Shown in pieces: positions 9,771-19,088 of a stretch of DNA of 64,000 bases. The first letter of the stretch is position 1. Each line of letters starts with the position of its first letter. The position numbers and the translations under genes were made by a program. The DNA comes from Candidatus Latescibacterota bacterium. GTDB taxonomy: Bacteria; Latescibacterota; UBA2968; GCA-2709665. The notes beneath the pieces were generated by a model. It worked only from the letters and a program-made list of their open reading frames with translations. It had not been told where the DNA came from and did not search any database. The stretch is from NCBI GenBank assembly GCA_965248435.1, contig OZ252100.1, positions 4,064,001-4,128,000 on the forward strand. Reading direction: 5' to 3'.

Positions 9771-9803
9771 GGGCCATACACGTTGGACGAGAGGAGCAAA
9801 GAC

Positions 9804-10541
9804 ATGAAATTGACGCAAGAGCAGATATGGTTTTTCGAACACAACGGATTTGTCGTGCTGCCTTACCGGCTGCCCGAATCGACCGTCGAAAAGATCAGGC
9901 AGGTTGTCCTCCGGGATATCGAAGCCGCGAAGGAGCCGATCGGGCACGATGAAGATGGCAATGTCCACCGGCTGAGCAACATCCTGGAACGGGATCCAAT
10001 CTTCTGGGAAACGGCGACGGACCCGGGGCTGCTGGACGGGTTGGAGTCTCTGATCGGGCCGAATATCGAAGTTATCCGAAATCGGCACAACCACGTGATG
10101 CTACGGACAGCCAGGGGCGGGCACGTCTACATGCACCGGGACGCGTTCAACTGGACGGCTTCGAGCGTGTCGGTGATCATCTACCTCGAGGAGACCAACA
10201 TGGACAACGGCTGCACCGAGGTCGTTCCCGGCACGAACCATTTGCCCTATGCGGAGCTTCCACTCGAGGAAAATGAAAAGATTCTGCGATCGGGTCTCCT
10301 GGACCAGCACGTGCGGGTGCCCATGAAGGTGGGAGGGATCCTGGCCTTGAACAGCATGACCTTTCACAGTCAGGGGCCGAACTTCACGGAGCGATCCCGG
10401 ATGAGCATCACGATTGGCTATCAGGGGGCCAACGAACTTTGCGGCGTGGAGGATCCGAAATCGACTGTGGTTCGCGGAGAGAACAGGTATCGAGGGAACG
10501 ACAGGGGGAGGACGGGCGGGCGAATTTCAGCAAAGGCGTGA
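9804..10541 (+). CDS. Phytanoyl-CoA dioxygenase (PhyH) family Fe(II)/2OG oxygenase
   Basis: MKLTQEQ..FF..NGF start, HRD, NGC..VVPG and FHS..N...R motifs; GAGGAG RBS. Confidence 0.88.
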   Translation: MKLTQEQIWFFEHNGFVVLPYRLPESTVEKIRQVVLRDIEAAKEPIGHDEDGNVHRLSNILERDPIFWETATDPGLLDGLESLIGPNIEVIRNRHNHVMLRTARGGHVYMHRDAFNWTASSVSVIIYLEETNMDNGCTEVVPGTNHLPYAELPLEENEKILRSGLLDQHVRVPMKVGGILALNSMTFHSQGPNFTERSRMSITIGYQGANELCGVEDPKSTVVRGENRYRGNDRGRTGGRISAKA

Positions 10542-10557
10542 GGGGAAGGATCACTCT

Positions 10558-11619
10558 GTGGATTCATCGCGTTCTGTCGAGCACAGGAAGACGGCTCGCA
10601 GCGTCGGGCTCAACTATGTGACGGACGGCCTTCCCGGCATTACCCGACGACGAGCGGGAAAGGGTTGGACGTTCTTCAGGCCCAGCGGCGCGCGGGTCAC
10701 GAACCCCAAAGAGCGAGAACGCATCAAATCGCTCGTGATTCCACCGGCGTGGACCGATGTGTGGATCTGCCCGGATCCGAAGGGCCATATCCAGGTCACG
10801 GCACGCGATGCCAGAGGCCGAAAGCAGTATCGCTACCATCCGACGTATCGCGAGGCGCGTGACAAATCGAAGTTCCGTCATCTGTTCGAGATGAGCGAGG
10901 TCCTCCCTGCCATCCGGGAGCGGGCGGAGCGCGACCTTCGGGCACCGGCGCTGAGTCGGCGCCAGATTCTCGCCACTGCTGTTCAGCTGCTGGATATGAC
11001 GCTCATCCGCGTTGGCAGCGACGAGTACGCGAAAGAGAATCGATCCTTCGGGCTGACGACGCTACGTGACCGGCACGTGCAGGTGGACGGGGCCAACCTG
11101 CAGTTCAGCTTCCGAGGAAAGAGCGGCGTTCAGCGCGCGCTGTCGATTACGGATCGCCGGATCGCCCGCATCGTTCAGCGGTGCCGGGACCTCCCGGGAC
11201 AGGAGCTGTTCCAGTACGTGGATGGATCGGGGCTTCAGGAAACAATTACGTCAGACGACGTGAACGACTACCTCAGGAAGACCTCGGGACTTCATATCAC
11301 GGCAAAGGACTTCCGGACCTGGGGCGGTACGATACTGGCGGGTACCGAGTTGCGCGAGATGGGCCCCGCGCCGAACGAGCGCAAGGCGACGCACAACATC
11401 AACCGCGCGATCGATGTGGTGGCCGAACGGCTGGGGAATACGCGCACGGTCTGCAATAAGTACTATGTTCACCCGGCGCTGCTCGAGGCGTATCTCCAGG
11501 GCTTGACTGCCGGACCCTCCGTGAGTGCTCCGCCTCGAAAGACCCGACGCAAGCGGCGTGTCGCTGCGCTGCGGCGGGACGAGGTGGCGATTCTGCAGTT
11601 TCTCCACGACTTGGAGTAA
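10558..11619 (+). CDS. Bacterial type IB DNA topoisomerase
   Basis: IPPAWTDVWIC, DARGRKQYRYH, IRVG, FRGKSG, KDFRTW, LGNT and catalytic KYYVHP motifs. Confidence 0.93.
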   Translation: MDSSRSVEHRKTARSVGLNYVTDGLPGITRRRAGKGWTFFRPSGARVTNPKERERIKSLVIPPAWTDVWICPDPKGHIQVTARDARGRKQYRYHPTYREARDKSKFRHLFEMSEVLPAIRERAERDLRAPALSRRQILATAVQLLDMTLIRVGSDEYAKENRSFGLTTLRDRHVQVDGANLQFSFRGKSGVQRALSITDRRIARIVQRCRDLPGQELFQYVDGSGLQETITSDDVNDYLRKTSGLHITAKDFRTWGGTILAGTELREMGPAPNERKATHNINRAIDVVAERLGNTRTVCNKYYVHPALLEAYLQGLTAGPSVSAPPRKTRRKRRVAALRRDEVAILQFLHDLE

Positions 11620-11627
11620 GAGACCTG

Positions 11628-11794
11628 TTTGTCATTCCGAGCGTATGCGAGGAATCTCAACAGGCAGCGCATCAGCCAATACATCTAGATAAGGGATCAC
11701 GAGGTACCATAGTGCTGAGATTCCTCGTCGCTGCGTCTATCTGCATTCGCTATGAAATCGAGCTCCGACTCTGGAGCGCTCCTCGGAATGACAA
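11628..11794. repeat. Three-block palindromic REP/MITE-like element, copy 3
   Basis: Same three blocks as copy 1, with spacers of 51 and 46 nt. Confidence 0.9.
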
Positions 11795-11800
11795 GCTCGC

Positions 11801-13180
11801 TTGGAAGGGGAAATATTGAGACCACTGGACGTTCAAAAGCGATGTGAGCTTCACGTCCATCCCGGCGGTTGTTTTACCGCAGAAGACGTGGCGATGCTGG
11901 GAAGAGATGTCTATCGGGAGGTGGACTGGACACTCTACTGCGATTCTTACGAAGAGGCGTTCGGCACGCGTCCGGATCCGCACGCGATGTTCGAGGCTGT
12001 GGCGGCAGATGAATCTGGGAGTCTGGATCGCTTTCGAGAGCAGTTTGTGGTTGGCGAGCGAGACGGGGGGGACTTCGCACGGTTCCAGGCCAAGTTCAGG
12101 TTTGTGATCTGTCTCTACCGATACTACCTGGAGTTGCCCTCAGGATGCGAGCAGATGATGGAATGTGTGATCGACCGACATCGTAGCGAGGGCTTGAACT
12201 ATGTAGAGTATCGCGGTAGTCGTGACAGTCGGGATGACGAAGAATTCCTTTCGTTTCATGGCGTGAACGCGATGACGCTCCAGGACGCCTCACGAGATAA
12301 TTTTACGCTCCGCTATATCGTTTCCCTGCGACGATGGGCTGCACTCGAAGACTACGCGCTTGTGCAACGCCTGATGGATGAATGGCCGGAGCTGATCCCG
12401 ACGATCGTGGGTGTGGATTTCTGCTTCATTGAAGAAGGATACCCGCCGAAAAATCTACGCCCGTTGTTCGAACGGGTGTTTGAAGACAATAGAAATCGCC
12501 CGGAGCGCGCGTTAGGCATCGTCTACCACGTCGGCGAGTCCTACTTCGACAAGTCGCTCGAGAGTTCGATCCGATGGTGTCACGAGGCGGCTGAGATGGG
12601 GGCAGATAGGTTGGGGCACGCGACTGCCCTGGGTCTCGACCCCGCGGCAGCGATTGCGAGGCGCCCTAAAGCGCACGAGGTCGAACTGGTGAGCGAGCGT
12701 ATCGATCAGATCGATTATGACCTGAAGCACTGCAGAGCGCTCGAGGCTTGTGGGATCGTCGTCGACCCCGTTACGCTGCAGAAGGAACGGGTTAGATTGC
12801 GGAGTATGAACCTGGAGGAAAGCGTCGGACGACGGTATGACGATGCTCGAATCGAGGAGAACCGAAAGCGACAGCGTTTCGTGCTGGAACATCTTGCCGA
12901 TCTTGGGACCGTGGTCGAGAGCTGTCCGACGTCCAATCTCACGATCGGCGCCGTTCCGGACGCGGCCCATCACCCCGTTCATCGCTTCCTGAGCTCTGAC
13001 GTGAACCTCGCGATCTGCTCGGATGACCCCGGAATCTTCGACGCTCCGCTCGAGAGTGAATTGGACTGGGTGCTGGACCATTCGGAGATGAATGCCGGCG
13101 CGCTGGAGAAACGTCTCGGGGATCCGCTCCGGTTCAGGCTGGATAGAAACAGAAGCGCAAGTGCTGGAGTAATGGAGTAA
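11801..13180 (+). CDS. Adenosine deaminase-like metallohydrolase with an internal insertion
   Basis: ELHVH, YHVGE, RLGHA, ESCPTSN and SDDP motifs; start codon uncertain. Confidence 0.82.
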   Translation: MEGEILRPLDVQKRCELHVHPGGCFTAEDVAMLGRDVYREVDWTLYCDSYEEAFGTRPDPHAMFEAVAADESGSLDRFREQFVVGERDGGDFARFQAKFRFVICLYRYYLELPSGCEQMMECVIDRHRSEGLNYVEYRGSRDSRDDEEFLSFHGVNAMTLQDASRDNFTLRYIVSLRRWAALEDYALVQRLMDEWPELIPTIVGVDFCFIEEGYPPKNLRPLFERVFEDNRNRPERALGIVYHVGESYFDKSLESSIRWCHEAAEMGADRLGHATALGLDPAAAIARRPKAHEVELVSERIDQIDYDLKHCRALEACGIVVDPVTLQKERVRLRSMNLEESVGRRYDDARIEENRKRQRFVLEHLADLGTVVESCPTSNLTIGAVPDAAHHPVHRFLSSDVNLAICSDDPGIFDAPLESELDWVLDHSEMNAGALEKRLGDPLRFRLDRNRSASAGVME

Positions 13181-13275
13181 TGGAGTAATGGAGTAATGGA
13201 GTATTGGAAATCTTAGGCTAAGGTAGTGCTGGGGTTTACTGCAATACTCCAGCACTCCACTACTGCAATACTCCG
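13165..13275. repeat. TGGAGTAA octamer tandem array followed by an inverted array
   Basis: Five direct units at 13165-13204 and five degenerate inverted units at 13236-13275. Confidence 0.85.
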
Positions 13276-13344
13276 GAATCGGGTAACCGGTAACGTTGCA
13301 AGTAGCAATTCTATTACGCAGTGCTGGAGTTCAGAGGAGACAAC

Positions 13345-13896
13345 ATGCCGATTCTCACATCGTGTATCGCGGTGATGGACGCGGGTCGAATCCTGCTCGC
13401 TCAACGGGAAGACTTCGAAATCTGGAGCCTTCCGGGCGGCCACGTCGAAGACGGCGAGTCGGTTGCGGAGGCTGCGATCCGAGAGGTGAAAGAAGAGACG
13501 GGCGTGGATGTGGTGCTGACAGGACTCGTGGGCATCTACTATCGCCCACAGGGGTGGAGTCCCGGTGGAAGCCACAATGTCGTTTTTGCGGGGAAACCAA
13601 CAGGTGGGACGCTGACCCCCCAGAGCGATGAGGTCCTCGACGTTGGGTATTTTGCGCAGGATGATCTCCCCGACCCGCTCTTCTGGGGTCACCGGCAGCG
13701 AATCCTGGATGCAATGAACGGCGTCGGCGGAAGCGTCGCATGGACCCAGAATACAGAATGGCCTTTTGACCAGAACCTGGACCGCCAGGGGATATACGAT
13801 GCACGCGACCGGTCAGGACTCACGAGGTTGGAGTTTTATCAGAAGCATTTCGATCGACCAGGACCCGGAGGAGACGTTCTGGAAGTGGGTAGATGA
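13345..13896 (+). CDS. NUDIX hydrolase
   Basis: Nudix box GGHVEDGESVAEAAIREVKEETG; AGAGGAG RBS. Confidence 0.93.
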   Translation: MPILTSCIAVMDAGRILLAQREDFEIWSLPGGHVEDGESVAEAAIREVKEETGVDVVLTGLVGIYYRPQGWSPGGSHNVVFAGKPTGGTLTPQSDEVLDVGYFAQDDLPDPLFWGHRQRILDAMNGVGGSVAWTQNTEWPFDQNLDRQGIYDARDRSGLTRLEFYQKHFDRPGPGGDVLEVGR

Positions 13897-13900
13897 ATGT

Positions 13901-13946
13901 TGGGGGAATGGAGTAATGGAGTATTGGAGTATTGGAGTAATGGAAA
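13901..13946 (+). repeat. TGGAGTA(A/T) octamer tandem array
   Basis: About five units immediately after the NUDIX stop codon. Confidence 0.85.
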
Positions 13947-14020
13947 CCCAAGGCCAGGCTACTGGTTCTTCCAAGATTTGGAGCAGAGGCCGTCACACCG
14001 AAACGCCAAGGAGTTCTGAT

Positions 14021-14839
14021 ATGTCCGCACGAGACGAATACCGCTATAACCGTCTGAACTGGGAAGAGATGAACGATGCGATCACTGCGCAGAAACTGGT
14101 GATCCTGCCGACGGCATCCACCGAGCAGCACGGCAAGCATTTGCCGCTGGACACCGACCTCTTCCTGACCGAGTCGATCTGCCTGGAGGTTGGACGCCGC
14201 GCCGCCGACAAGGTCCTGGTGCTGCCACCGATTGCTTACGGCCTGAATCTTCACCACATCGACTTTCCCGGCACGGTGCACATCGAACCGGAGGTCTTTA
14301 TCGCCTTCTGCCTGAACATCGCCAAGAGCGTCGCCTACCACGGCTTCGAGAAGATACTGCTCGTGAACGGCCACGGCTCCAATTCACCGCTGGCCAACCT
14401 CGTGGCCCGAAAGGTCACTCTGCAGACGCGCTCCCTCGGCTTCGCCTGCGACTTTCTGAGCTTCCTGACAGAGAAGTTCCAGGAGGTGCGTGAGTCGGAC
14501 GTGATGTCCCACGCGGACGAGTTCGAGACCTCGCTCTACCTTCATCTGGCCGCAGACCGGGTCAAGATGGACAAGGCTGAAGCGGGCGACGATCGGATGG
14601 GCAAATACGTTTCTTCCGACAGCTTCTCGCCTTATGTTCGGTTCAACGACTACTGGAGCCGCTGGACCCAGCTGGGGGTGCACGGCGACCCGACGGTGGC
14701 CACGGCCGAAAAGGGAGAGATTATCTTCGAGGCTGCCGTGGAGGGCCTGGTCGACCTGGTCGACGAGCTGCGCGACTGGCCCGTAGAGACGCGCGCCGAC
14801 ATGCACGCCAACCCGGTCCAGGCGGACATTCGCTGGTAG
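14021..14839 (+). CDS. Creatininase / creatinine amidohydrolase family protein
   Basis: EQHGKHLPLDTD, NGHGSN, HADEFETS and GDP..AT..KG motifs. Confidence 0.92.
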   Translation: MSARDEYRYNRLNWEEMNDAITAQKLVILPTASTEQHGKHLPLDTDLFLTESICLEVGRRAADKVLVLPPIAYGLNLHHIDFPGTVHIEPEVFIAFCLNIAKSVAYHGFEKILLVNGHGSNSPLANLVARKVTLQTRSLGFACDFLSFLTEKFQEVRESDVMSHADEFETSLYLHLAADRVKMDKAEAGDDRMGKYVSSDSFSPYVRFNDYWSRWTQLGVHGDPTVATAEKGEIIFEAAVEGLVDLVDELRDWPVETRADMHANPVQADIRW

Positions 14840-14925
14840 GCCATCGTCTAATCGGGACGGGCTGTGGCGTTCTACGAGTAGAAGCACGAACACGATCGTG
14901 AAATTGAAGATGAAAGGGGTCGGCT

Positions 14926-16119
14926 ATGAGCGAGGTCAGAATCGGGGTCATCGGCGCAACAGGGCGAGGCACGATGGCCAGACACTGGCACGACCCGGGG
15001 GGTCGCTCCGTTCTGGTCGGGGCCGCGGATCCCTCCGAGGAGGCATTGGATTGGTTCAGGGGGAACGTGAACGAGAAGGCATTCACGACTCGGGACCACC
15101 GGGCGCTGCTGGATCGGAAGGACGTGGACGCGATCGCCGTGATGAGCCCCGACGACACGCACGAGCAGTTCGTCTGCGACGCGTTCGAAGCGGGAAAGCA
15201 CGTCTTCTCGGAGAAGCCGATGGCCATTACGACGGAGGGCTGCGACCGGATGCTGCGCGCGTGGGTGGATTCGGGGAAGCGGTTCATGATCGGGTTCAAC
15301 ATGCGATACTCGAATCTCTTCCGCGTGATGAAGGAGGCGATCGACTCGGGCGCGATCGGCGAGGTCAAGGCTGTGTGGGTGAGACATTTCGTCGGGCATG
15401 GGGGGGACTGGTACTACCACGACTGGCACGCGGAGTCGCGGCGCTCGACCGGGCTGCTCCTGCAGAAGGCGTCGCACGACATCGACATGATCCACTGGCT
15501 GACCGGGCGATACACCGAGCGGGTCGCGGCGTGCGGTGGACTGGACTATTACGGGGGCGACAAGCCGAACGATCTGCGCTGTCCAGACTGCGATGAACAG
15601 GAGTCGTGCGTGGAGTACCAGGATTTGAGTGAATCGCCGTCGGCGATCAAGGTGAACAAGATGAACCAGTGTGTGTTCCGTGAGGAGGTGGACGTGGAGG
15701 ACAACAGCATCGTGATGATGGAGCTGGCGGGCGGGATCAAGGCCTCCTACATGCAGTGCCACTTCGCCCCGGACTACTGGCGAAACTACACGTTCATCGG
15801 GACCGAGGGTCGAATCGAGAACCTGGACGACAGCACAAAAGTGATCGTGCGCACGCGCGACAAGTCGAACCGCTGGAAGAATTTCGGGGACCAGGACATC
15901 GATATAAAGCAGGTATCGGGCGGTCATTTCGGCGCGGATCCGAGAGTCTGCAAGGAGTTCGTTGACGTGCTGTTGGACGGAAAGAAGCCACTGAGCACAC
16001 CCCTCGCCGGGCGGATGAGTGTAGCGGTCGGCTGCGCGGCGACCGAGTCTCTCCGAAACGGCTGGCAGCGGAGGGAGGTGCCGCCGGTGCCTGAGGACAT
16101 TCGCGACAAAGTCTACTAG
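14926..16119 (+). CDS. Gfo/Idh/MocA family oxidoreductase
   Basis: Rossmann start, HVFSEKP, GFNMRY and HDID motifs. Confidence 0.92.
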   Translation: MSEVRIGVIGATGRGTMARHWHDPGGRSVLVGAADPSEEALDWFRGNVNEKAFTTRDHRALLDRKDVDAIAVMSPDDTHEQFVCDAFEAGKHVFSEKPMAITTEGCDRMLRAWVDSGKRFMIGFNMRYSNLFRVMKEAIDSGAIGEVKAVWVRHFVGHGGDWYYHDWHAESRRSTGLLLQKASHDIDMIHWLTGRYTERVAACGGLDYYGGDKPNDLRCPDCDEQESCVEYQDLSESPSAIKVNKMNQCVFREEVDVEDNSIVMMELAGGIKASYMQCHFAPDYWRNYTFIGTEGRIENLDDSTKVIVRTRDKSNRWKNFGDQDIDIKQVSGGHFGADPRVCKEFVDVLLDGKKPLSTPLAGRMSVAVGCAATESLRNGWQRREVPPVPEDIRDKVY

Positions 16120-16304
16120 CAGGCATTTGCCAAGCTGATCTTTAAGGGGGGTGAGCAAGAGATTAAGGCGGCTGGCAGGGAGGTGCCTGCCTGTTTCTGG
16201 CGATATTCGCGACAAGTTGCTCTAGGTCGTCCATATATAGAAGTAGAAAGCGCGTAGACCCCGTCCCGCCTCTTGCGATTTGAGACGGGTTTTTGTTTGC
16301 GGAT

Positions 16305-16344
16305 TTGACAAAACCTGACTGTTTGTATATATTGATTATATACA
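16305..16344 (+). promoter_or_regulatory. Sigma70 promoter overlapped by a YtrA-type operator
   Basis: TTGACA-17-TATATT; perfect palindrome TGTATATA-N5-TATATACA at 16324-16344. Confidence 0.8.
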
Positions 16345-16396
16345 GAATGATCAGTTGTGGGAATCGATATAATCCTGTTTACTGGGGTGGCTTGAC

Positions 16397-16792
16397 GTGC
16401 TCTTAAGCCTTACCGATCTCTCGGACGAACCTCTGCAGCACCAGATAACACGGCAGATTCGAGCCAAAATTCTGTCCGGGGATCTCCAAGCGGGCGTCGA
16501 TCTGCATTCCATCAGGTCCCTTGCGAGGGAGCAGCGCGTGAGTGTGATCACGGTTCAGCGCGCTTACGAGGGCCTGGAGCGGGAGGGGCTGATTCACGCC
16601 AGGAGGAGAAGGGGGTTTTTCGTCTCAGCGCTGTCGGAAAGAGAGAAGAGGCGAATGGCCAAGCAGAGACTGCTCGAAAGACTGAGACCACAGATCGCGG
16701 CAGCTCGCGCGGAGGGGCTCTCGGAGAGCGAGATCAGGAAGACCCTTGCCCGGCTGCTGAGGCGGCCCAGGCGAGCGGTTTCGGTGACATAG
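16397..16792 (+). CDS. ytrA: GntR family regulator, YtrA subfamily
   Basis: Winged HTH (SIRSLA...VITVQRAY..LEREG) with a short C-domain, upstream of an ABC ATPase. Confidence 0.88.
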   Translation: MLLSLTDLSDEPLQHQITRQIRAKILSGDLQAGVDLHSIRSLAREQRVSVITVQRAYEGLEREGLIHARRRRGFFVSALSEREKRRMAKQRLLERLRPQIAAARAEGLSESEIRKTLARLLRRPRRAVSVT

Positions 16793-16802
16793 GAGGAGGG
16801 CT

Positions 16803-17687
16803 ATGTGCAAAGCGCTTGAAATGTGCGATGTCGTCAGAACGTTTCCCGAGTTTCAGCGCGGGCCCCTGAATCTCGAATTGGATCCTGGTACCGTGCTTGG
16901 CTACGTCGGTCCGAACGGATCGGGAAAATCCACGACGTTCCACTGCCTGATGGGCCTGCTCAGGGCTGACAGCGGGGAAATGAGGATCTTCGGGCGACCG
17001 AACGATCTCAACAAGCCTGAATGGAAGTTCGACATCGGGTATGTGGGGGATGAGCACGTCTTCTATGAGAACTGGTCGGGTGAGCGGAACCTGAAGTTTC
17101 TTTCACAGTTCTACCCGAACTGGTCAGACTCGCTGGCGGAAGGCCTCGCAAAGCGCCTCGAGCTTCCGTTAAAAAAGAAAGCCAGGGAGCTCTCGACGGG
17201 CAACCGCGTGAAACTCGCGCTGGTCGCCGCGATGGCCCATTCCCCGAGGCTTCTGGTTCTGGATGAGCCGACATCCGGGCTGGATCCGGTCGTTCGAAAC
17301 GAAGCGCTGGACGTGCTGTTCGAAGTGATGGAGACAGGGGAGCGGGCGATCTTCTATGCGACGCATATCCTTCAGGATATCAGCCGGCTGGCGGACGAGC
17401 TTGTCTTTCTGAACGACGGGCAGATCTATCTGAGGACGCCGAAGGACGACCTGACGGATCACTGGCGAAAGCTCTCGTTCCGGCATTCTGGAATCGTTGC
17501 CTCGATGGAGGGTGTGGTCAGTCACAGACAGGAAGGCGAGGATCATGAGGTGATCAGTGCAAACGGCGGTGCCACGCTTCAGCAGCTCGGTGAGCTGGGG
17601 GCGGAGAACGTGCAGGAGAATCGGATGAGCATCGATGAGATCGCGGTAGAGATCATCAGAGAGGGGAAGGATGTGGCGGCTTCTTAA
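16803..17687 (+). CDS. ABC transporter ATP-binding protein (YtrB-like)
   Basis: GPNGSGKST, LSTG and LDEPTSGLD motifs. Confidence 0.92.
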   Translation: MCKALEMCDVVRTFPEFQRGPLNLELDPGTVLGYVGPNGSGKSTTFHCLMGLLRADSGEMRIFGRPNDLNKPEWKFDIGYVGDEHVFYENWSGERNLKFLSQFYPNWSDSLAEGLAKRLELPLKKKARELSTGNRVKLALVAAMAHSPRLLVLDEPTSGLDPVVRNEALDVLFEVMETGERAIFYATHILQDISRLADELVFLNDGQIYLRTPKDDLTDHWRKLSFRHSGIVASMEGVVSHRQEGEDHEVISANGGATLQQLGELGAENVQENRMSIDEIAVEIIREGKDVAAS

Positions 17688-18276
17688 GGGGGAGTTAAGC
17701 TATCAAAGAGGTTTGTTTCTGTTCGCGCTTGTCGTTACCGGATTTCTGTTCGGATTCGTGCTTAGCAGATTCCCGTTCAGCTATCCGCTTGTGAAGGCAA
17801 GAAACCCTGTGGGCATGGTATTCTTCCTCTTGATTGTAGGTAGAGGTGCGAATATAATGCCGAAGAGAGCCCGTGCTCACATACTGCTCCCAGTTTCGGT
17901 GCGCAAGCTGGCTTCTGGCCGCCTTCTTACAGGATTGACCTTCTGGATCTTCGTGGTCGTCGTGGTCGCTTTCTGTATCATGTTTGACGACAAAATGATG
18001 GATCATGTCTCCCTTTGGACAATGGTTTGTTTAGCGGGGGTTTTGCTGACCCTTAACGCAGCAGTTCTAATCGTTCTTGACAGAGTATCGAACGAATTGA
18101 TTCAATCAGGTTTATTACTCTCGGTGTTGATTGTTTGTGCCTTTTCTGGATTTTGGTTCATCACAGGCCGTCTTCCCTCTACTCCGGAATGGGCGCTTCT
18201 GCTCAATCTCCTGGCTCTTGGACTTTCGTGTCTGAGTATCTTTGTGTTTTCAGACCGCAGATCGTATCTGCGCTGA
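17671..18276 (+). CDS. ABC-2-type permease, paralog 1
   Basis: About six TM segments; LLPVS motif; overlaps the ATPase gene. Confidence 0.7.
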   Translation: MWRLLKGELSYQRGLFLFALVVTGFLFGFVLSRFPFSYPLVKARNPVGMVFFLLIVGRGANIMPKRARAHILLPVSVRKLASGRLLTGLTFWIFVVVVVAFCIMFDDKMMDHVSLWTMVCLAGVLLTLNAAVLIVLDRVSNELIQSGLLLSVLIVCAFSGFWFITGRLPSTPEWALLLNLLALGLSCLSIFVFSDRRSYLR

Positions 18277-18326
18277 TGAAGGAAAGGCGATCACAGGACA
18301 AGCGGACAATCATCATGGAGTGAGAA

Positions 18327-18986
18327 ATGTGGCGCCTCATTAAAGGGCATTTCGACTATTACAAATATACCTATCTGGCGGCCTTCCTTTTTCACATCGC
18401 TATGGTCGCTTTTCTAATATACAGGAGAGAGTTAAGACTGGGAGACGAGCAACTCACCGGTATTGTTATCTACTCTGCGGTAACCGCCGCAATACTTTTG
18501 GGAGCCATGCATGGGGCATATACCGAAATCTGTAAGGACAAGCTCGATCGCTTTCATACTTTGTTGCCCTTACCTGTGTTTCAGCTCTCTCTTGTCGGGC
18601 TCGGAGTTGGTTTGCCAATCTTTTTAACGGGCGACACAATTCTTCTAACGATTCTATTCGTTCTCTTACAAGATTACATAACAAGTCACATGCTGTGGAA
18701 ACTGCTGGTGATTCACGGTATGATTATCTGCGTGTCTATGACGATTCACAGCATTCTAAACCTGTCGTTCGGATTCGAAATGAGATACGTGAAACGCGTG
18801 GACGCAAAGTCCTTCAGCCAGTGGATTATGCCCCTGCTTCTAGTTGCTTTGCTTCTCCCTGCTATGTTCTACTCCGCAATGAAAGAATTCTCTGGGCTCG
18901 ATGCGCTTGCATGGAACTTGCTTGGCTTGGCTCTTTACTGCGCCACCGCGGTCCTGTCCGCGCGCCGTCGATCCTATCTCTTGTAA
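18327..18986 (+). CDS. ABC-2-type permease, paralog 2
   Basis: About six TM segments; MWRL.KG start and RRSYL end shared with paralog 1. Confidence 0.7.
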   Translation: MWRLIKGHFDYYKYTYLAAFLFHIAMVAFLIYRRELRLGDEQLTGIVIYSAVTAAILLGAMHGAYTEICKDKLDRFHTLLPLPVFQLSLVGLGVGLPIFLTGDTILLTILFVLLQDYITSHMLWKLLVIHGMIICVSMTIHSILNLSFGFEMRYVKRVDAKSFSQWIMPLLLVALLLPAMFYSAMKEFSGLDALAWNLLGLALYCATAVLSARRRSYLL

Positions 18987-19088
18987 CGAAAAAAACGAGG
19001 GGGTTTTACCTCTCCACAGACCTATCTTGATGTCCGCCGGCAGATCGGCGAACACGAGAGCCCTGTTCGAGATTTCTAGACCTGTCTT

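Noticed and set aside
10558-11619. TopIB as the missing integron integrase
   Set aside because: It shares the catalytic fold with tyrosine recombinases, but its motifs are those of TopIB, it lacks IntI features, and it lies more than 20 kb from the attC sites.
1526-11794. Three-block elements as a dispersed CRISPR
   Set aside because: The blocks are inverted relative to each other rather than direct repeats, the copies are kilobases apart, and there are no cas genes.
11801-13180. ADA-like gene as RADAR RdrB
   Set aside because: There is no adjacent RdrA-type ATPase and it is much shorter than RdrB as I recall it.
14872-16215. Long antisense ORFs (this 447-aa ORF; also 2824-3807, 5343-6275, 31964-33079, 49703-50614, 59705-60613)
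   Set aside because: Each lies opposite a gene with clear family motifs and has none itself, which is expected in high-GC coding DNA.
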